A stretch of 64,000 nucleotides of DNA, taken from NCBI GenBank assembly GCA_012295275.1, contig CM022679.1, positions 10,106,001 through 10,170,000 of the forward strand. The letters run 5' to 3'. The notes beneath the pieces are model-generated. The model did no database searches and was not told the origin of the DNA. It saw only the letters and a program-made list of their open reading frames with translations. This DNA comes from Chrysomallon squamiferum (lineage: Eukaryota > Animalia > Mollusca). Position numbers and translations under genes: made by a program. Shown here one piece after another: positions 1 through 13,544 of the stretch (positions are counted from its first letter, which is position 1; the number at the start of each line of letters is the position of its first letter).

Positions 1-379
1 ATAAATTTTGAACATAAAAACATGCACAGCTCGTGTAACGTCACAACAGTAATGAATCAACAGGTCTATAACATACAACAGATATCCCTGTATAATTTAT
101 ATACATATATACACACACACATACCCACAGAGAAAGAGTCCTGCTCTGCACTCACTGCACACTGCACTGAGATCTAATTATATGGATGGGTGACTAGAAA
201 ACCAAACTGTGTTACATTTATTTCACTCACTCAATCTTCTTCGTCTCTTATATTTTTCACTTGATGCAGTTCGTTTGTTGGTAGTAGTGGACTTGGTCTA
301 CGGCCAATACTTTTAAGTGGCAGCGAAAACAGTTTTTATTGGCAGGCTATAGTCTATATCAATAATCTACAAGCCTGAT

Positions 380-915
380 GACTGATGATATAAAACACCT
401 CTCAACTTGCAGATAAAAGTGTTGTGTACTGATAACTAATGATATAAAAACTTTGCAGCTGAAAGTATTGTATAACACTATATGTACTAAGAACTAATGA
501 AATAAACTTCGTAGCTAACAGCATAGTAAAAAGCTGTATGTATTAACAACTAATGATATAAACTTCGTAGCTAACAGAATAGTAAAAAGTAAATGTCTTA
601 GCTAGCTATATAGTGAAAATCTATAGAGAATTGATGATATAAACTTCATTAGCTAACAATGAAGGAAAAATCTGCATGCAGAGAGAATTAACAATATAAA
701 CTTTCAATCTTGTCATCATAGTAAAAAGCTGTGAGAATTAATGACACAAACTTTGTAGCTAACAGCATAGGAAATGTCTGTATATACTAATGACATAAAC
801 CTTGTAGCTAATAATAAAAAGCTGAATGTTCTGAGAAATAATGTTATAAATTTCATAGCTAACAGTCTAGTGAAAAGCCACATGTACTGATGATATTAAC
901 TTTATAGCTAACACT
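380..915. repeat. Diverged ~60-bp tandem repeat, ~9 copies
   Basis: Recurrent actaatgatataaacttcgtagctaacagcatagtaaaaagctg. Confidence 0.85.
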
Positions 916-1402
916 CAAACACGTTTTTACAACTTCCAGACTTGAAGAACATGGATCAAGGTAACATTTATTATGTGTTAAAGATTCTTAATGACAGAAT
1001 ACAGAGGTGGTGTTAAAATGACTGGAAAAGTAATTACGGAATTTCATCACTTTTTTCTTTATATTTTAATCACCATCTGATTGTAATTATATTTCTCCTA
1101 AATAAATAAATAAATAATTTTTAATATATTTTTAGTTTTAGCATAATTTGGTTAAATGAACATCAGTTTAATTTAAACCATTACTGCCCTAACATCAATT
1201 CTGAAAAGAGATTATCATTAAATATTTTATTTTAAAAAAAAAAAAAAAAAAAAAAAATAAAAATTTCAATATTTAATATCAAATAAAAACCACAGTAGAA
1301 TATTATAAAAAATTATCCTACAAAACTTTGGCATTTTCAACTCATCATCATCCAAAACCAAACAAAATAAAAGTTTTTAAAAACAAAAGCGCAATATTTT
1401 AC

Positions 1403-1451
1403 CTACATGATTACATGGAAGAACGCACACGAAACATGAACCATTTCCCAT
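1403..1451 (-). CDS. Candidate alternative first coding exon (Gly2 plus Cys N-terminus), phase 1
   Basis: tga ATG GGA AAT GGT TCA TGT...GTA G|gtaaaa; MGNGSCFVCVLPCNHV; same phase as the exon I donor; preceded by a ~350 nt CpG-containing island. Confidence 0.55.
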
Positions 1452-3184
1452 TCAGTATTTTAATAGATTCTGGTGGACAGCGTGCCACGAATGACCATTT
1501 AGCATCTTTTAGCTTTATAATCCTGTCAAATGCGCTCATGTCAGATGCATTTAGAGTGAAAACTACGGTGGAAGGCCCCTGAAGACTGCACACAACACTG
1601 GCCAATTAGCTGTAACAGGATGGAATAATCAAGCATGGTGTACTGAGCCGTAAACCGGTACAATATCATGCAGCATGTTCGATATTCAATGGATCCGCAA
1701 ACAGTCCCAACAGACTCGCTGCTCAATTGTAATTCACTTTAACAACGATGATGGATAGGAGTGATCTTTCCACTTCCATAATTTGTCAAGAGAAAGTGGT
1801 GGAATACAATGTTTTTCATGAAAAAAAAAAAAGTCTTAATTAAGCCAAGGACACAGTGTTCTAAAATGAAGTGTTGGTCCTCTTTTTTATTCTTTTTCTC
1901 AACATGCAATGATGTTCTGAAAAGTCCATTTAATCAAAAGTCACAGTGTCCTAAGATGAAGTTATTAAGTAATTTTTCTCAACATTCATATTTGTTTTAT
2001 CAAAGACCATTTCAGAGAAAGACATCTATCCTATAATAATTTAACAGGTCTGTTTGCAAGCTCTAAGACAATGAGGTAGAGACTTAAAATAAAGAATCAC
2101 ATCCTTTTTTAAAGATATCTGTCCAATGCCAGAAAATCAAATTAAGAATACAATGTGCAATAATGATTTAACAAATCTTGTCAAAGAATGAGATTTTTGT
2201 TTTACAGCTTTTGCATTGGTTAATCCTTTAAATTGGCAGAGAGAATCGTCTATATACACAGTACGAAAGCCACTTGTGGCAGACTCTGAAACCAGCCACT
2301 GGGCACTGGCTGAAATGGCAAGAATCCAATCAACCTTTAGCACTAATACCAGTAACAGGATCATAAAGAAAGATAATAGATGTAACAAAAGGATGCTTTC
2401 TGCTTATCAAATGCAGCATCAGATTCACTACTTAGATGGTTTCAAAAATCCAAAACTGCATAAACAGCTTGAAGAGAATCCAATTTTTAATGGTCCATCC
2501 ATCAATTTGATACTTTTAATGGACAGAAAATTTTCATATCACAATCAGGAAGAATGCAGCAACATATTCCATGCTTTAATATTGATCTATTGTCTAAAAT
2601 AAGTGCTAAAACCCAAGGACCAAAAAAAAAAAAGATATAATCAAATGATCAAGCTCTGGAAATGATGACCATATCCACTGATTATGAATTGCAGTGGAGT
2701 TTCAGCTCATAATCTATAACCAGTATCAAATTCAATGTTTAGAGATCTAAGGCTGTTGTGATGATCCCCATCTCAGTGGTAAAGCCATCAAGCTTAAAGG
2801 AATTGGACAAAGTCCAACAGCATCAAATCAGAGCTAAAAGGAGAGGTATAAAGCTATTAAGCCAAAAGATGTTCCCTTATCATCTTGTTTTTTTTTTTTA
2901 AATAGTAACTTGCTACCACTCTGCTTATCATTCTGAAAATATCCCGAAAATAAATTCTGATAAATATTTCAAATATGTAACTTTTATCTCCCAAATTTTT
3001 AATGATAAAACAAAATATTAATTCATCTTAGTTTTAATTTATTGTAAGTATATGGATCCCATACTCATTCAAAATGATAAAAGTTGTGTTATAAGAACTT
3101 ATAACACTCCATTTTGTATAACTTTTGTTTAATATTCTCACTTTTAAACCAGCTGATAATAAAAATCTTTACTAATGTTAAAAT

Positions 3185-3545
3185 AGGTCTATGGTAGCCT
3201 TTTATTTCCTGTAACAGTAGTCTATGATAAACTTGTTTTAAATGTAACAGTAGTCCATGACAGGAATGTCTTAACTGTAATAAAATTCCATGATATGCTT
3301 GTCTTAACTGTAACAGTAGTCTATCATAAACTTGTCTTAAATGTAACTGTAGCCCAGTACATGCTTGTTTCAACTTTAACATTGGTTCATAACAAGGCTT
3401 GTCTCAATTATAACAATAATCCACGACTTGTTTGTGTAAATGTCCTGCAATGCTTCTGTGAAAGTCCTGTCTTAACTATAAAAATCTGTGATAATCTTGC
3501 ATGCAGTGTAACAATAGCTACACGACATTAATTGTAACTACAGCC
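3185..3545. repeat. 33-bp minisatellite
   Basis: Unit ~cttgtcttaactgtaacagtagtctatgataaa; explains the 11-aa periodic ORF 3089..3382. Confidence 0.85.
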
Positions 3546-3618
3546 TATGGCAAACCTGCTTAAACATTGTGTATGCCTCTTCAGTGTGTTAAGTATTAGC
3601 TTTTCTGCATTCACGTAC

Positions 3619-3795
3619 CTTTCATTGGACTTCTCGTCATATGTAGTTGTAGTGGTGGTGGTGGGAAGACGTCTTCAGGTGTATGGGGTCCGTGGCCGTT
3701 GGGGACGTATCCCTGGCCACGATGAAGTAGGTCAGGCACTTGGGGCATTCCGACAGGCTTCGACTGCTGCATAGATGCTTGTTGTTTGGAGATGG
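3619..3795 (-). CDS. CASKIN: Caskin exon I (Pro-rich linker after SH3, phase 1 to 1)
   Basis: ttgcag|CC ATC...AAA G|gtacgt; 177 nt, GC-rich, open in the frame set by exon H: (T)ISKQQASMQQSKPVGMPQVPDLLHRGQGYVPNGHGPHTPEDVFPPPPLQLHMTRSPMK. No recognisable homology, so supported by phase and splice signals. Confidence 0.85.
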
Positions 3796-4003
3796 CTGCA
3801 ATTGATGTGAAGAAATAAATAAAAAAATAAATAAATAAATAAAAAAAACTTACAAAACAAGTTTTTAATAAAACAAGTGTGGCAGGCAGGTTGTTAAAAA
3901 CTTTGTGTAATATTTTTAATGCAAGTTATAACTGAGATATATACAGCAGTCAGGTGTGTTAGTGAGAGACATACAGAAAGAATAATAGAAGAGAGATTAA
4001 TAT

Positions 4004-4099
<96 letters not shown>

Positions 4100-6402
4100 T
4101 TTTTGAAAGATATAAAGAAAAAAGGGGCAGATACAAAAATGTTATACTGATGGAGAGATCGTGTTAGAAAGAAAAAAGAAAAAATAGATAAAATGTAGGA
4201 GGGTATGCATCTGAATATGACAGAGAATGGGGAAAAGAAGGGGGGGGGTGAGAGATAAAACAAATTTAACATAATGCATTAAAAAACAAAACTGCAGAAG
4301 AGATTATGCTTATTAATATGAAAACCTATAAAATATGTGTATACCAGGAAATGTTTTTAAAAAACTATTGAAATAAAATACTTTTTAATTTTGTGTCACA
4401 AAATGGGGTCAAATGATAATTACAACCATGTGGCTAAAACAGAAAATCTGAAGACATTCAATAAGTTTCTACAAGTCATTATTTTTGTACTTGTAAAATA
4501 AAAAAAACCTGTAGCTAATAATAAAGTATGACAGCAAGTTTTTGTGATGTCATAAAAATGTTTTCAGGAAATAAACAAAAATGGAAGCCTTTGTTCATCT
4601 CCACATCCATTCCTGTTTTATAGTTACAAGTTTTTATTTTTATTTTATTATGATTATTATTATTATTATTCTTTTTTTTTTTAAATACTGACAATGGATA
4701 AACTATACTTAACCCTTTTTTTTGCATGATGAGAAATATTTTAACAAAAAAATAAAATTCAGTATAAAGATAATTTAAAACATGAATTAAAAAAAAAAAA
4801 TATATATATATATATATATATTAACCTCTTTAAAAAGGTAAAGTAAAAAAAAAACCTCAAACCTTAGTCTATATGAAATATGATAACTTATTTTTGTCAC
4901 TGAACTGAACCGAACAAGACCAATATCAATAGCAAATGCAAAATGATTTACAATTCAGCTAAGGTGAAAATATTCAAGTTAAACTGTGGCTAAAAAAAAC
5001 CCCATCTCCACATTTAACTATCTGTGCAGGAAACTGTAATTATCATTTGTTGATAATTCATGTAACATATGCTGTAAGCTGCCAGATAAAACTAACATGT
5101 CAACAACTCTTTATTTTCCTATTTGTTTCTGCTTTATGATTCTTTATGAATCTTTTTACTTAGATAATTTGTTGCTATTTTCAACAAAAAAACGTGGCAT
5201 GTTTTCAAGACAAATTCGTAATCTATCAGATTAGGGTCATAATTTCGGAGAAACATGAGTATTACAGTCGTGATCTTTTAAGAAAATTGAATATTATGTC
5301 AGAAACGCGTCATTAAATATAACCGATCGTTTTTTTAAAAAAAAAAAATAAAAATAATAAAAAAATATTTTTACTCAGCCTGTCTAGATTTTTCGCTTTA
5401 CTCAGTCTGTTTAGTATATTGTTATTTTATTTTTTTCCCCTTCTTCATGATCGGCTACGTATTTTCTTACCAGGGTTATAAACCACACATGTTGTGTGTA
5501 TCACTGTTTCAGTTGAGTAATAAAACAAGTGAGGTTATTGTTTTTAGGCAATAAATTCAACCATCTGTCAAATACGTTAATCTCCATATACAAATCAGCA
5601 CAAACAAAATGTGGAAAGATCATGCCTTGTCAACTATGCTGGTAACTTTCTTCTACTGATATTTACTGTGTCGGTTTTTTTATTTTTTTTTTTTTTTTTT
5701 TTGTTGTTGAAAGTATTTAAAAGTAACAAGACAAGATTGAAAGATACCCAGATAAAAAAAGACAAAAGAGATATAGGAGAGGGGGAAGATTAAGTAGTGA
5801 GTGAGTGAGTGAGTGAGTGAGTGATAAAGAGGGGAAAGAATGAAAGAGAAAAACAGTAAAAGAAAAATAGAAAATCTGAAACAAAAAAAACAGATTAACA
5901 GACAAATAAAAAGACAATAGATTTTGACTGAGAGGGAGATGCTAAAGCAGAAAGAAATGGATACAATGAAGTACAAAGGGAGAGAGAGAGAAGAGTACAT
6001 TTATTTTTTGTGGAAAATTGATTAATTTTATTAGTACAAAAAATAAGATAAAATAAATTAAAATAAAATAAAATAAAATAAATAAATAAATAAATAATAG
6101 TAATAATAATATTATAAGATAGATCTGTAATTTTATAATTAATTTATTTACAGTTTAGACAGAAATTCAAAAAAACAAAAATCAGCTCATTCATAGAAAA
6201 AGCTTGACATCCGTGAAAACAGAACATTTTAAAACATCTATTAAATTCATGAATGAAAATAAAGTGTCAACTGGTATGTATTACATAACTTTAACAGAAC
6301 GACCGACTGCTTCAAATATTCTAAAAATTATTGCCCCTAATCTGTCCTGTAAGGAAAAAATTTCACACATACAAACAGACATACATAATAATGTACACTT
6401 AC

Positions 6403-6514
6403 TTTGACTGTCCACAAGAACAACATGGTTGGATGGGAATAGGCCAGTTTTGGCCATTCTGCCTGGCTGAATTATCTGACCCTTCCAGATGCCATCAGGT
6501 TTCTGTTCCAGCAC
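6403..6514 (-). CDS. CASKIN: Caskin exon H (C-terminal half of SH3, phase 0 to 1)
   Basis: ctgcag|GTG CTG...CAA A|gtaagt; 112 nt; VLEQKPDGIWKGQIIQPGRMAKTGLFPSNHVVLVDSQ. Confidence 0.95.
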
Positions 6515-6676
6515 CTGCAGTAACACAAAGTAACACAGTGTATGCGTTTTGTTAAAACAGAAACATTGTTATACAAGTGGCTTATCTCAAAAATTTGGTG
6601 TGAGTTGATGTACAAAGTGTGCATATCTGATAAAATATATGGCAAAATAGAGAATATTTCTGAATTATGTCGTTTA

Positions 6677-6709
<33 letters not shown>

Positions 6710-6727
6710 GATTATTATTATTATTAT

Positions 6728-6762
<35 letters not shown>

Positions 6763-7419
6763 ATACTAGTAGTTGTTGTTGTTGTTGTTGTTGTAGTAGT
6801 TATTTATTTATTTATTTATTTATTTCTTCATTTATTTTTAAATAACAAAATCAACACATTTCTTGCCTATACAAATTACACACAAACTAAAAATTAATAA
6901 AAGCATTGGTAAAAAAATAAACAATAAAATAAAAATAAATACAATTTTCATTAAACATTGAAAAGAAAATGATTAAAAGGGAAAAATATAAAATAAATAA
7001 ATAAATGATAATAATGATGATAATAATAATAATTGAATAATTTAGTGATACTGTAAAATTATAAATACAACACAAGATGATAAATTTACAATACATTAAA
7101 AACATGGAACTGAAGTCGGTAATAAGCTGACAAACCAAGAAAGACAACTCTTAATAGCTTGTCGTTTCAAGTGTTTAGGGAAATTCCAGAATATTAGCAT
7201 TCAAACGTAAAAACACACACAAACACACAAAAACACAAATCAGATGTGATTATTTAATCTTTGAAAATCTCAAAGCCTCTATAAAATGTTATACAGCTTA
7301 ATAAAAAGTAGCAAATGAATATCCCCAGCACAAAGTTCATATGATGTTGAATACAAATAAATGGATCAGTGTTATATAAATGCTGGTGTATCATTCTTAA
7401 ATCTTTTAACATATTTTTT

Positions 7420-7795
7420 TTTTTTTATCTGTAACACAAAAACTCTGTAAGATAAAACACTCTTTGCAACACATAAATTCTCCAACACAAAATTGCTAAA
7501 AAAAAATGTGTGCAACACAAAAACATTAACACATAAAGTCAAATAATAAACACTAACTGTATCATATCAAACCTCTATAATACAAATAATCTCTCTGTAA
7601 CACACACTCTCTTCAAAACAAAAACTCTAAATCAAACTCTCTACAACACAAAAACTCTGTAACATAAACTCTTATAACACAAAAAACTCTACAGCACACA
7701 AAAAAAAAAAAAAAATCTACAACAAAAATTCTCTAACACACAAAATCTCTCTCTATAACATAAAAAAGCCCAGTAAAAAAACTCTCTCTACAACA
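7420..7795. repeat. Diverged short-unit tandem repeat (~17-20 bp)
   Basis: Recurrent aactctgtaacacaaa-like units. Confidence 0.7.
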
Positions 7796-8136
7796 GGCCA
7801 GTGTTGGAATGTGCTGTACGTAGATGGTCAGTGTGGTTTATGTTTGTTTTCATCAGGTTTGACGACTGGCAGAGAAAGTGATTAAACCTGAGTGACATGC
7901 TGACTCTCACCTGTCATTCTCGTGTTCATTTACCTGGTGTTGTTTTGTTTTTTGTTTTTGTTTTTTTACCTATCTGCTGAACAGTGGAAGAATTCAACAG
8001 AGTGCTGCTACTTCAGTTTAACACACTGGAGTTCTGTTTTCAGTTCTCAGTAACTGGCATGTGTATATGTACACAACAGGCTCAGTTTATTATGGTTATT
8101 ATTATCATTTTAAATTATTTTCTATTACTGTTACTT

Positions 8137-8183
<47 letters not shown>

Positions 8184-8794
8184 TTATTTATAAATCTATT
8201 TATTTATTTGTTATTTTATTTATTTATTTGTTATTTTATTTATTTATTTATTTTGTTGTTGTTGTTGTTTGTTTTGGGGTAGTTGTTTGCACACTAACAC
8301 TTGAACATTAAAGCATGTATGAATTAATTTAAGATGCACAAAATAAGGGATTGAGCCCTGTTATGGAAAAAAAGGGGTCACTTAAATTATGCTGGATGTA
8401 GTTTTCAAGATGGGTGATATTAAAAAAAAAATAATAATAATTAGTGATAAGAAAAAAACAACAATATAAATATATATATAAATCTGTTCAGGGGCATGTG
8501 TGAAGGTTTACATGTGAGACAGAAATCATACATAATTCATACATACCAAACATGAATAGAAACATAAACAATTACTAAAGGTGCAGAGATATGTAAACAG
8601 CAGTGACACAGGTTAATATCACTAATCGTAATTAAGGGATTAGAAACGACAAGCTGTAATCCAGTAATCATTGTCATGTAACAAGAAGAGCAAAAAACCC
8701 AATGATGATAATGATGATGATGACAACATTAGCAATATTTTGTTTTTGTTTTCTGATTTCAGTCACTCTCCATCAATGAACTGCTTTCTTTTAC

Positions 8795-8800
8795 ATCATC

Positions 8801-8846
<46 letters not shown>

Positions 8847-8851
8847 TTATA

Positions 8852-8884
<33 letters not shown>

Positions 8885-8970
8885 GTCATAATTATAGCAA
8901 CAACAATAGTAATAATTGTAAAAATTATTATAACTGCATTCATAATCACAATAAAAATGATGCTGATGAA

Positions 8971-9054
<84 letters not shown>

Positions 9055-9105
9055 AATAATAATAATAACAATAACAATGATAATAATAATGATGATGATG
9101 ATGAT
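8795..9105. repeat. Compound trinucleotide microsatellite (AAT/ATT/GAT/CAT)
   Basis: Directly visible; source of the homopolymer ORFs 8671..9189. Confidence 0.95.
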
Positions 9106-9558
9106 AAAACACCTCCTCAAGCTCCCAAAATAAGCCAGAATGAAATACAAGAAATTACCGAATGCTCCAACAAACTCCAGATGTAACATGTTGGCTTTGC
9201 TATTTATATTTGTTTTAGTACTAAGTGATCTGTTTTGTTTCCCAGAATATGTCTGAACTGTGTCAGTTCAGGTATAAACCATGCCACACAGTGAGTGAGT
9301 GAGTCATTCTCATATACATACATATATACTATGCTAATCAATGCAAGGTTCATATCAAATAGTATGTAAAACAGATAATATAACATAACGTATGGTGTAA
9401 TATAAAATGATGTATGTGCTTAGGTATGCATACAAATAATAACATACCTTTCCCCCCTCCAGAAAAAAAAGAAGAAAATAAAACACACCATCAGATCTCT
9501 AAATATATGTAAAGTTAAACACAGAGAGTAATAGACGCTGCAAAATATACCCATGCCC

Positions 9559-9635
<77 letters not shown>

Positions 9636-9708
9636 AACAGAGAGAGAGAGAGAGAGAAACAGAGAAACTGAGAGAAAAACAGAGAAACTGAGAGAGAGAG
9701 AAACAGAG

Positions 9709-9767
<59 letters not shown>

Positions 9768-12282
9768 GAGAAACAGACAGACAGAGAGAGAGACGTGTTC
9801 TGTATTTAAATATATATGCATTCATTCACATCAAAATACATGGCCAAAATACCTACAAATTAAATTTTTTTTGAAAATACAGTAGTTAAAAAAAAAAAAA
9901 AAAAAAAAAACTGTATAAAAATATAATGATAAATGATATATAAAAAAAATTTATATTTAAAAAAAAAAAAGACTATAATAAACAAATAAAAAAAAAAAAA
10001 AAGACTAAAATTTATATCAAATTAAAGAAAAGAACATTGTAAACAAAATAAATGGAACAAAAAAAAAAAGTCTTGTTAAACAAAGGACATTTAAGCAACC
10101 CAATAATAACTGGAAGAAATAAATAAAAGAAATGAAGAGAAATAAACAACAACGATCAACGGCTAAGTCCAAAAACACACACTGATCTCCGAAGCCAGTA
10201 AAACACTTCTACACAGCAATCTGATCTCCACTACAAAAGAGTTACAGGTAACTCAACCCTCCTTGAAAGGCAGTGCTAAAACCTCTCTACCCATACTTAC
10301 CTAAGCATAATCCCATAAAACACCTCGTTAAGGTAAGACCAACTCAAAGCATTGACAAAATTAACACATACAGAAAAATGTTTGACTTCTAGCCATTTCG
10401 CAACATCTGAATGATTAAAAAAAAACAAAAAAAAATTTCCCTCCTTTTTTTTTTTTCGTGATTTTTTAGGTTTTTACTTTTTTTTTTTTTTCTCTCTTTC
10501 CTGACAGAGATATTATCACAAGTGGTTGGGATGTGCACAAAAGGTGTCAAATTAATCCCCACTACAAGGGGAGGGAAGTGCTTAGTCAACACGTGTTGAA
10601 AGAAGAGTTCGCTTCTCTTTTCTGTTAAAAAACGTTTTTTCTCTTTGATGTTGACCTTTTTGAATTTTTTTTACAACTTCGGACCATCCTGCCAATGTCT
10701 ATAAAGAAATTCCAGATTTATAATACTCTTCTTCTCATTTATGTTATTTTATTTCTATCTTTCTTGGTTCCTTTTTGTGGGTTTATCTTACTTTTAAAAA
10801 AAAAAAAATGAAAACAACAACAACAAAACAAAATGGGTGAACACAAAAGATCAAACATAAAAATCAAACCTCAGAATTATCAGTCGAAGCAGTTAGAAAT
10901 ATAATGCACAATTTTATGTTTGCTAACAGAATAAAAATTTATAAATATGTATTTTAAAATTTATTTTAAATGTCTATTCTATGAATTTAAATGAAATAAA
11001 TGTTTTAAGTTTAATCAGATTTCATTTTACGAGGTACTTCTAAGTTTTAATATTTCACAACTAGATGTCAGTTAAATTAGAATCTTCAAATCAGTTTTTT
11101 TTGTTTGTTCTGTTCAAATTCTTTTGAAGAGTGTCTGTGTGTGTTTGTGGGCATATATGTGTGTCCATGTATTTTCGAGTATATTTAAATGTTTTTTTTT
11201 TTTGTGTTTTAACCTACATATATTTGTACATATATGTTCATATCTATCTGTCTATTTGTTTGTCTGTCTGTCTGTATATATATATATATATAAAAACAAG
11301 AAAAAGATTTATACCCATAAATTAAAAAATAATAATATATTAAAAAAATAAATAAATACAATTTTATTAAACAAGTGACAGATCTGTGTCAGAAACTCAG
11401 AATATATATAAAGATAGAAAATGAATACGACACAGCAGAATCAGTACATGAATATAAACTAATACATTAACACAACACGGTAAAGTGACTGTTATAAATA
11501 CCACACTTCAAGTCACTATTTTAAATTAACATAACTCAAGACTACATACATACATACATTTACCTCGATACTAACAGACCCATGTAATTCTAGTGTCAAG
11601 ATGTCACTGATGGCTGGGATTCACCCTCAAATTACTGCCACCCTGCGGACTTGTGTGTTTGTTCAGTTCACAGTTTATTAATATGAATGTAGATTAGTCA
11701 CTGCATAAACACAAATATTGCAACTCGTCACTGTGTACATATATACAGTGTGACACAGTGACCAGTGTGTGTGTGTGTGCTGTACTTAGTGTAACCGAGG
11801 TAAGCAAGGTGACACCTCTGTTGTCACATACAGGGTGTAACCGTACAGTGTCAACCCTCAGACAGTTTTACGATGTCTTTCGCCACCAGGTTTACTGTAC
11901 ATCATCAACCAGTGGGGAAAAAAAAAAAATTAAAAAAAAAATAATAATAATAATACTACCCTCAGAGAAAGGGTGTGGAATGAGGGAAAGGAGAAGACTG
12001 GGGGTAGGGGAAGAGGAAGGTTTTAGTATGGATGCTTGTAGAATATTATTGAAGCAAAATTAAAAATGTTTTTTTTTTTTTTATTTTTTTAAATGAATGA
12101 AGTTGTTAAGTAAATATTAGTTATAGTAGTGGTAGTGGTACTGGTAACTGTGGTGGCAGTAATTGTGGTAGTAGTGGAAGTAATGGTGGTGGTAATGGTG
12201 GTGGTGATGGTGGTGGTGGTGATGATGGCAGTGATTCTAGCAACAGTGGCAGTTCCAGTAATAGTGGCAGCAGTAGTAGTGA

Positions 12283-12323
<41 letters not shown>

Positions 12324-12982
12324 TCTGGAACAGCAGTCATACTAGTAGCAGAAATAATGATAATAAATAACTGTAACAAAAACAAAAATAATACCAATAC
12401 CATTCAATAACTGTGAGCAATATTAATAGATGACATTAACACAGCAACAATAAATCATAAATAACAGAAGTTAAAACAAAAAAAAATCATGACCAAGTTA
12501 CATATCATGTCTAAGTAAATGAAAAAAAGCCAAGTTGTGAGTACATGGCAATTCAATCAAGGCGTTTGATTTGAGTGAGAATCCAGGTATTTACTGACAG
12601 GTGATGGATCTAGGTTGATACGGACAATACTTCTCTGTGCTGCCAAGTGAAAACAGACAAGTGGATTTAAACCAAGGACAAAGGTTTTCCTCTGATGGTC
12701 CAAGCTCATTCTGTTCTGTTTTATTTATCATTGTATGTGAAGTTTTTATTTTATTTTAATTTATTTTTACTTTTTGTCGTTTTTTGTTGTTATTGCCATA
12801 CAGATTGTAGCTAACTGACAAATGCTTTACAGAAACTTGATAATCTGACAGAGATGTATAATATAATAAATAAAGAAGGTAAATAAATAGGTAAAAAGTA
12901 ACTGCTGATTCAAAAAATGTGTGAGTTTAAAAAAACATTATAAATACTGAAGGGATTAAAAAACAATAATTTTCACACTCGC

Positions 12983-13131
12983 ATGTGAAATATCAGTTTT
13001 TATTGTTCAGTATAAAGATACATATATCAGAATAATAAAACAGCAGGCTTCAAATGACAGTATGTTTATTGTGACAGCTTCTTAAAGCCATCTGACTGAC
13101 TCATAGGAAATAAAACAGATAGCTGTTAAAC
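12983..13131 (+). repeat. Left arm of long-range inverted repeat
   Basis: Reverse complement of 16071-16204 with few differences. Confidence 0.9.
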
Positions 13132-13544
13132 AAAACTCATGCATGCCTACATAGATGTGTGTGAGTGCATGTTGTGCATGTGTGTGTGTGTTTCTGTATC
13201 TCTATCTATTTATATATGTATATATGTATATATGCATGTATCTGTGTGAGTGTGTGTGTGGGGGGGGCAGGTATGTATGTATGTATGTATGTATGTGTTT
13301 ATATATATATATAATTCAGTGACATAAACATATTAAAATGTAACTGAAACATAATATTTCAGATGAACACCACCTTTTCCACAGACTGTTTTCAAGGTAT
13401 CCCATAACAGGTTTATGATATAATCCAAAGAATAAACATTTGGTTCAAAAACCCAGAGATTACAATAAACAAGGACGAAGTACATAATCCAGGTATAACG
13501 ACAACATGTCAAAGTTTAAAAAAAAAACAACCAAAAACACCTAC

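Noticed and set aside
2137-2602. Overlapping 83-aa and 128-aa ORFs
   Set aside because: No recognisable domain and no splice sites linking them to the Caskin frame.
3089-3382. Leucine-rich 11-aa periodic ORF
   Set aside because: Translation of the 33-bp minisatellite; no splice or domain support.
8671-9189. Longest ORFs in the track (poly-N/Y/D/H/I/M)
   Set aside because: Translations of trinucleotide microsatellites; the same applies to the many ERERER, SLSLSL and CVCVCV ORFs.
9159-9189. MLHLEFVGAF plus G|gtaatt
   Set aside because: Mediocre donor, phase 1 does not fit exon H, no motif.
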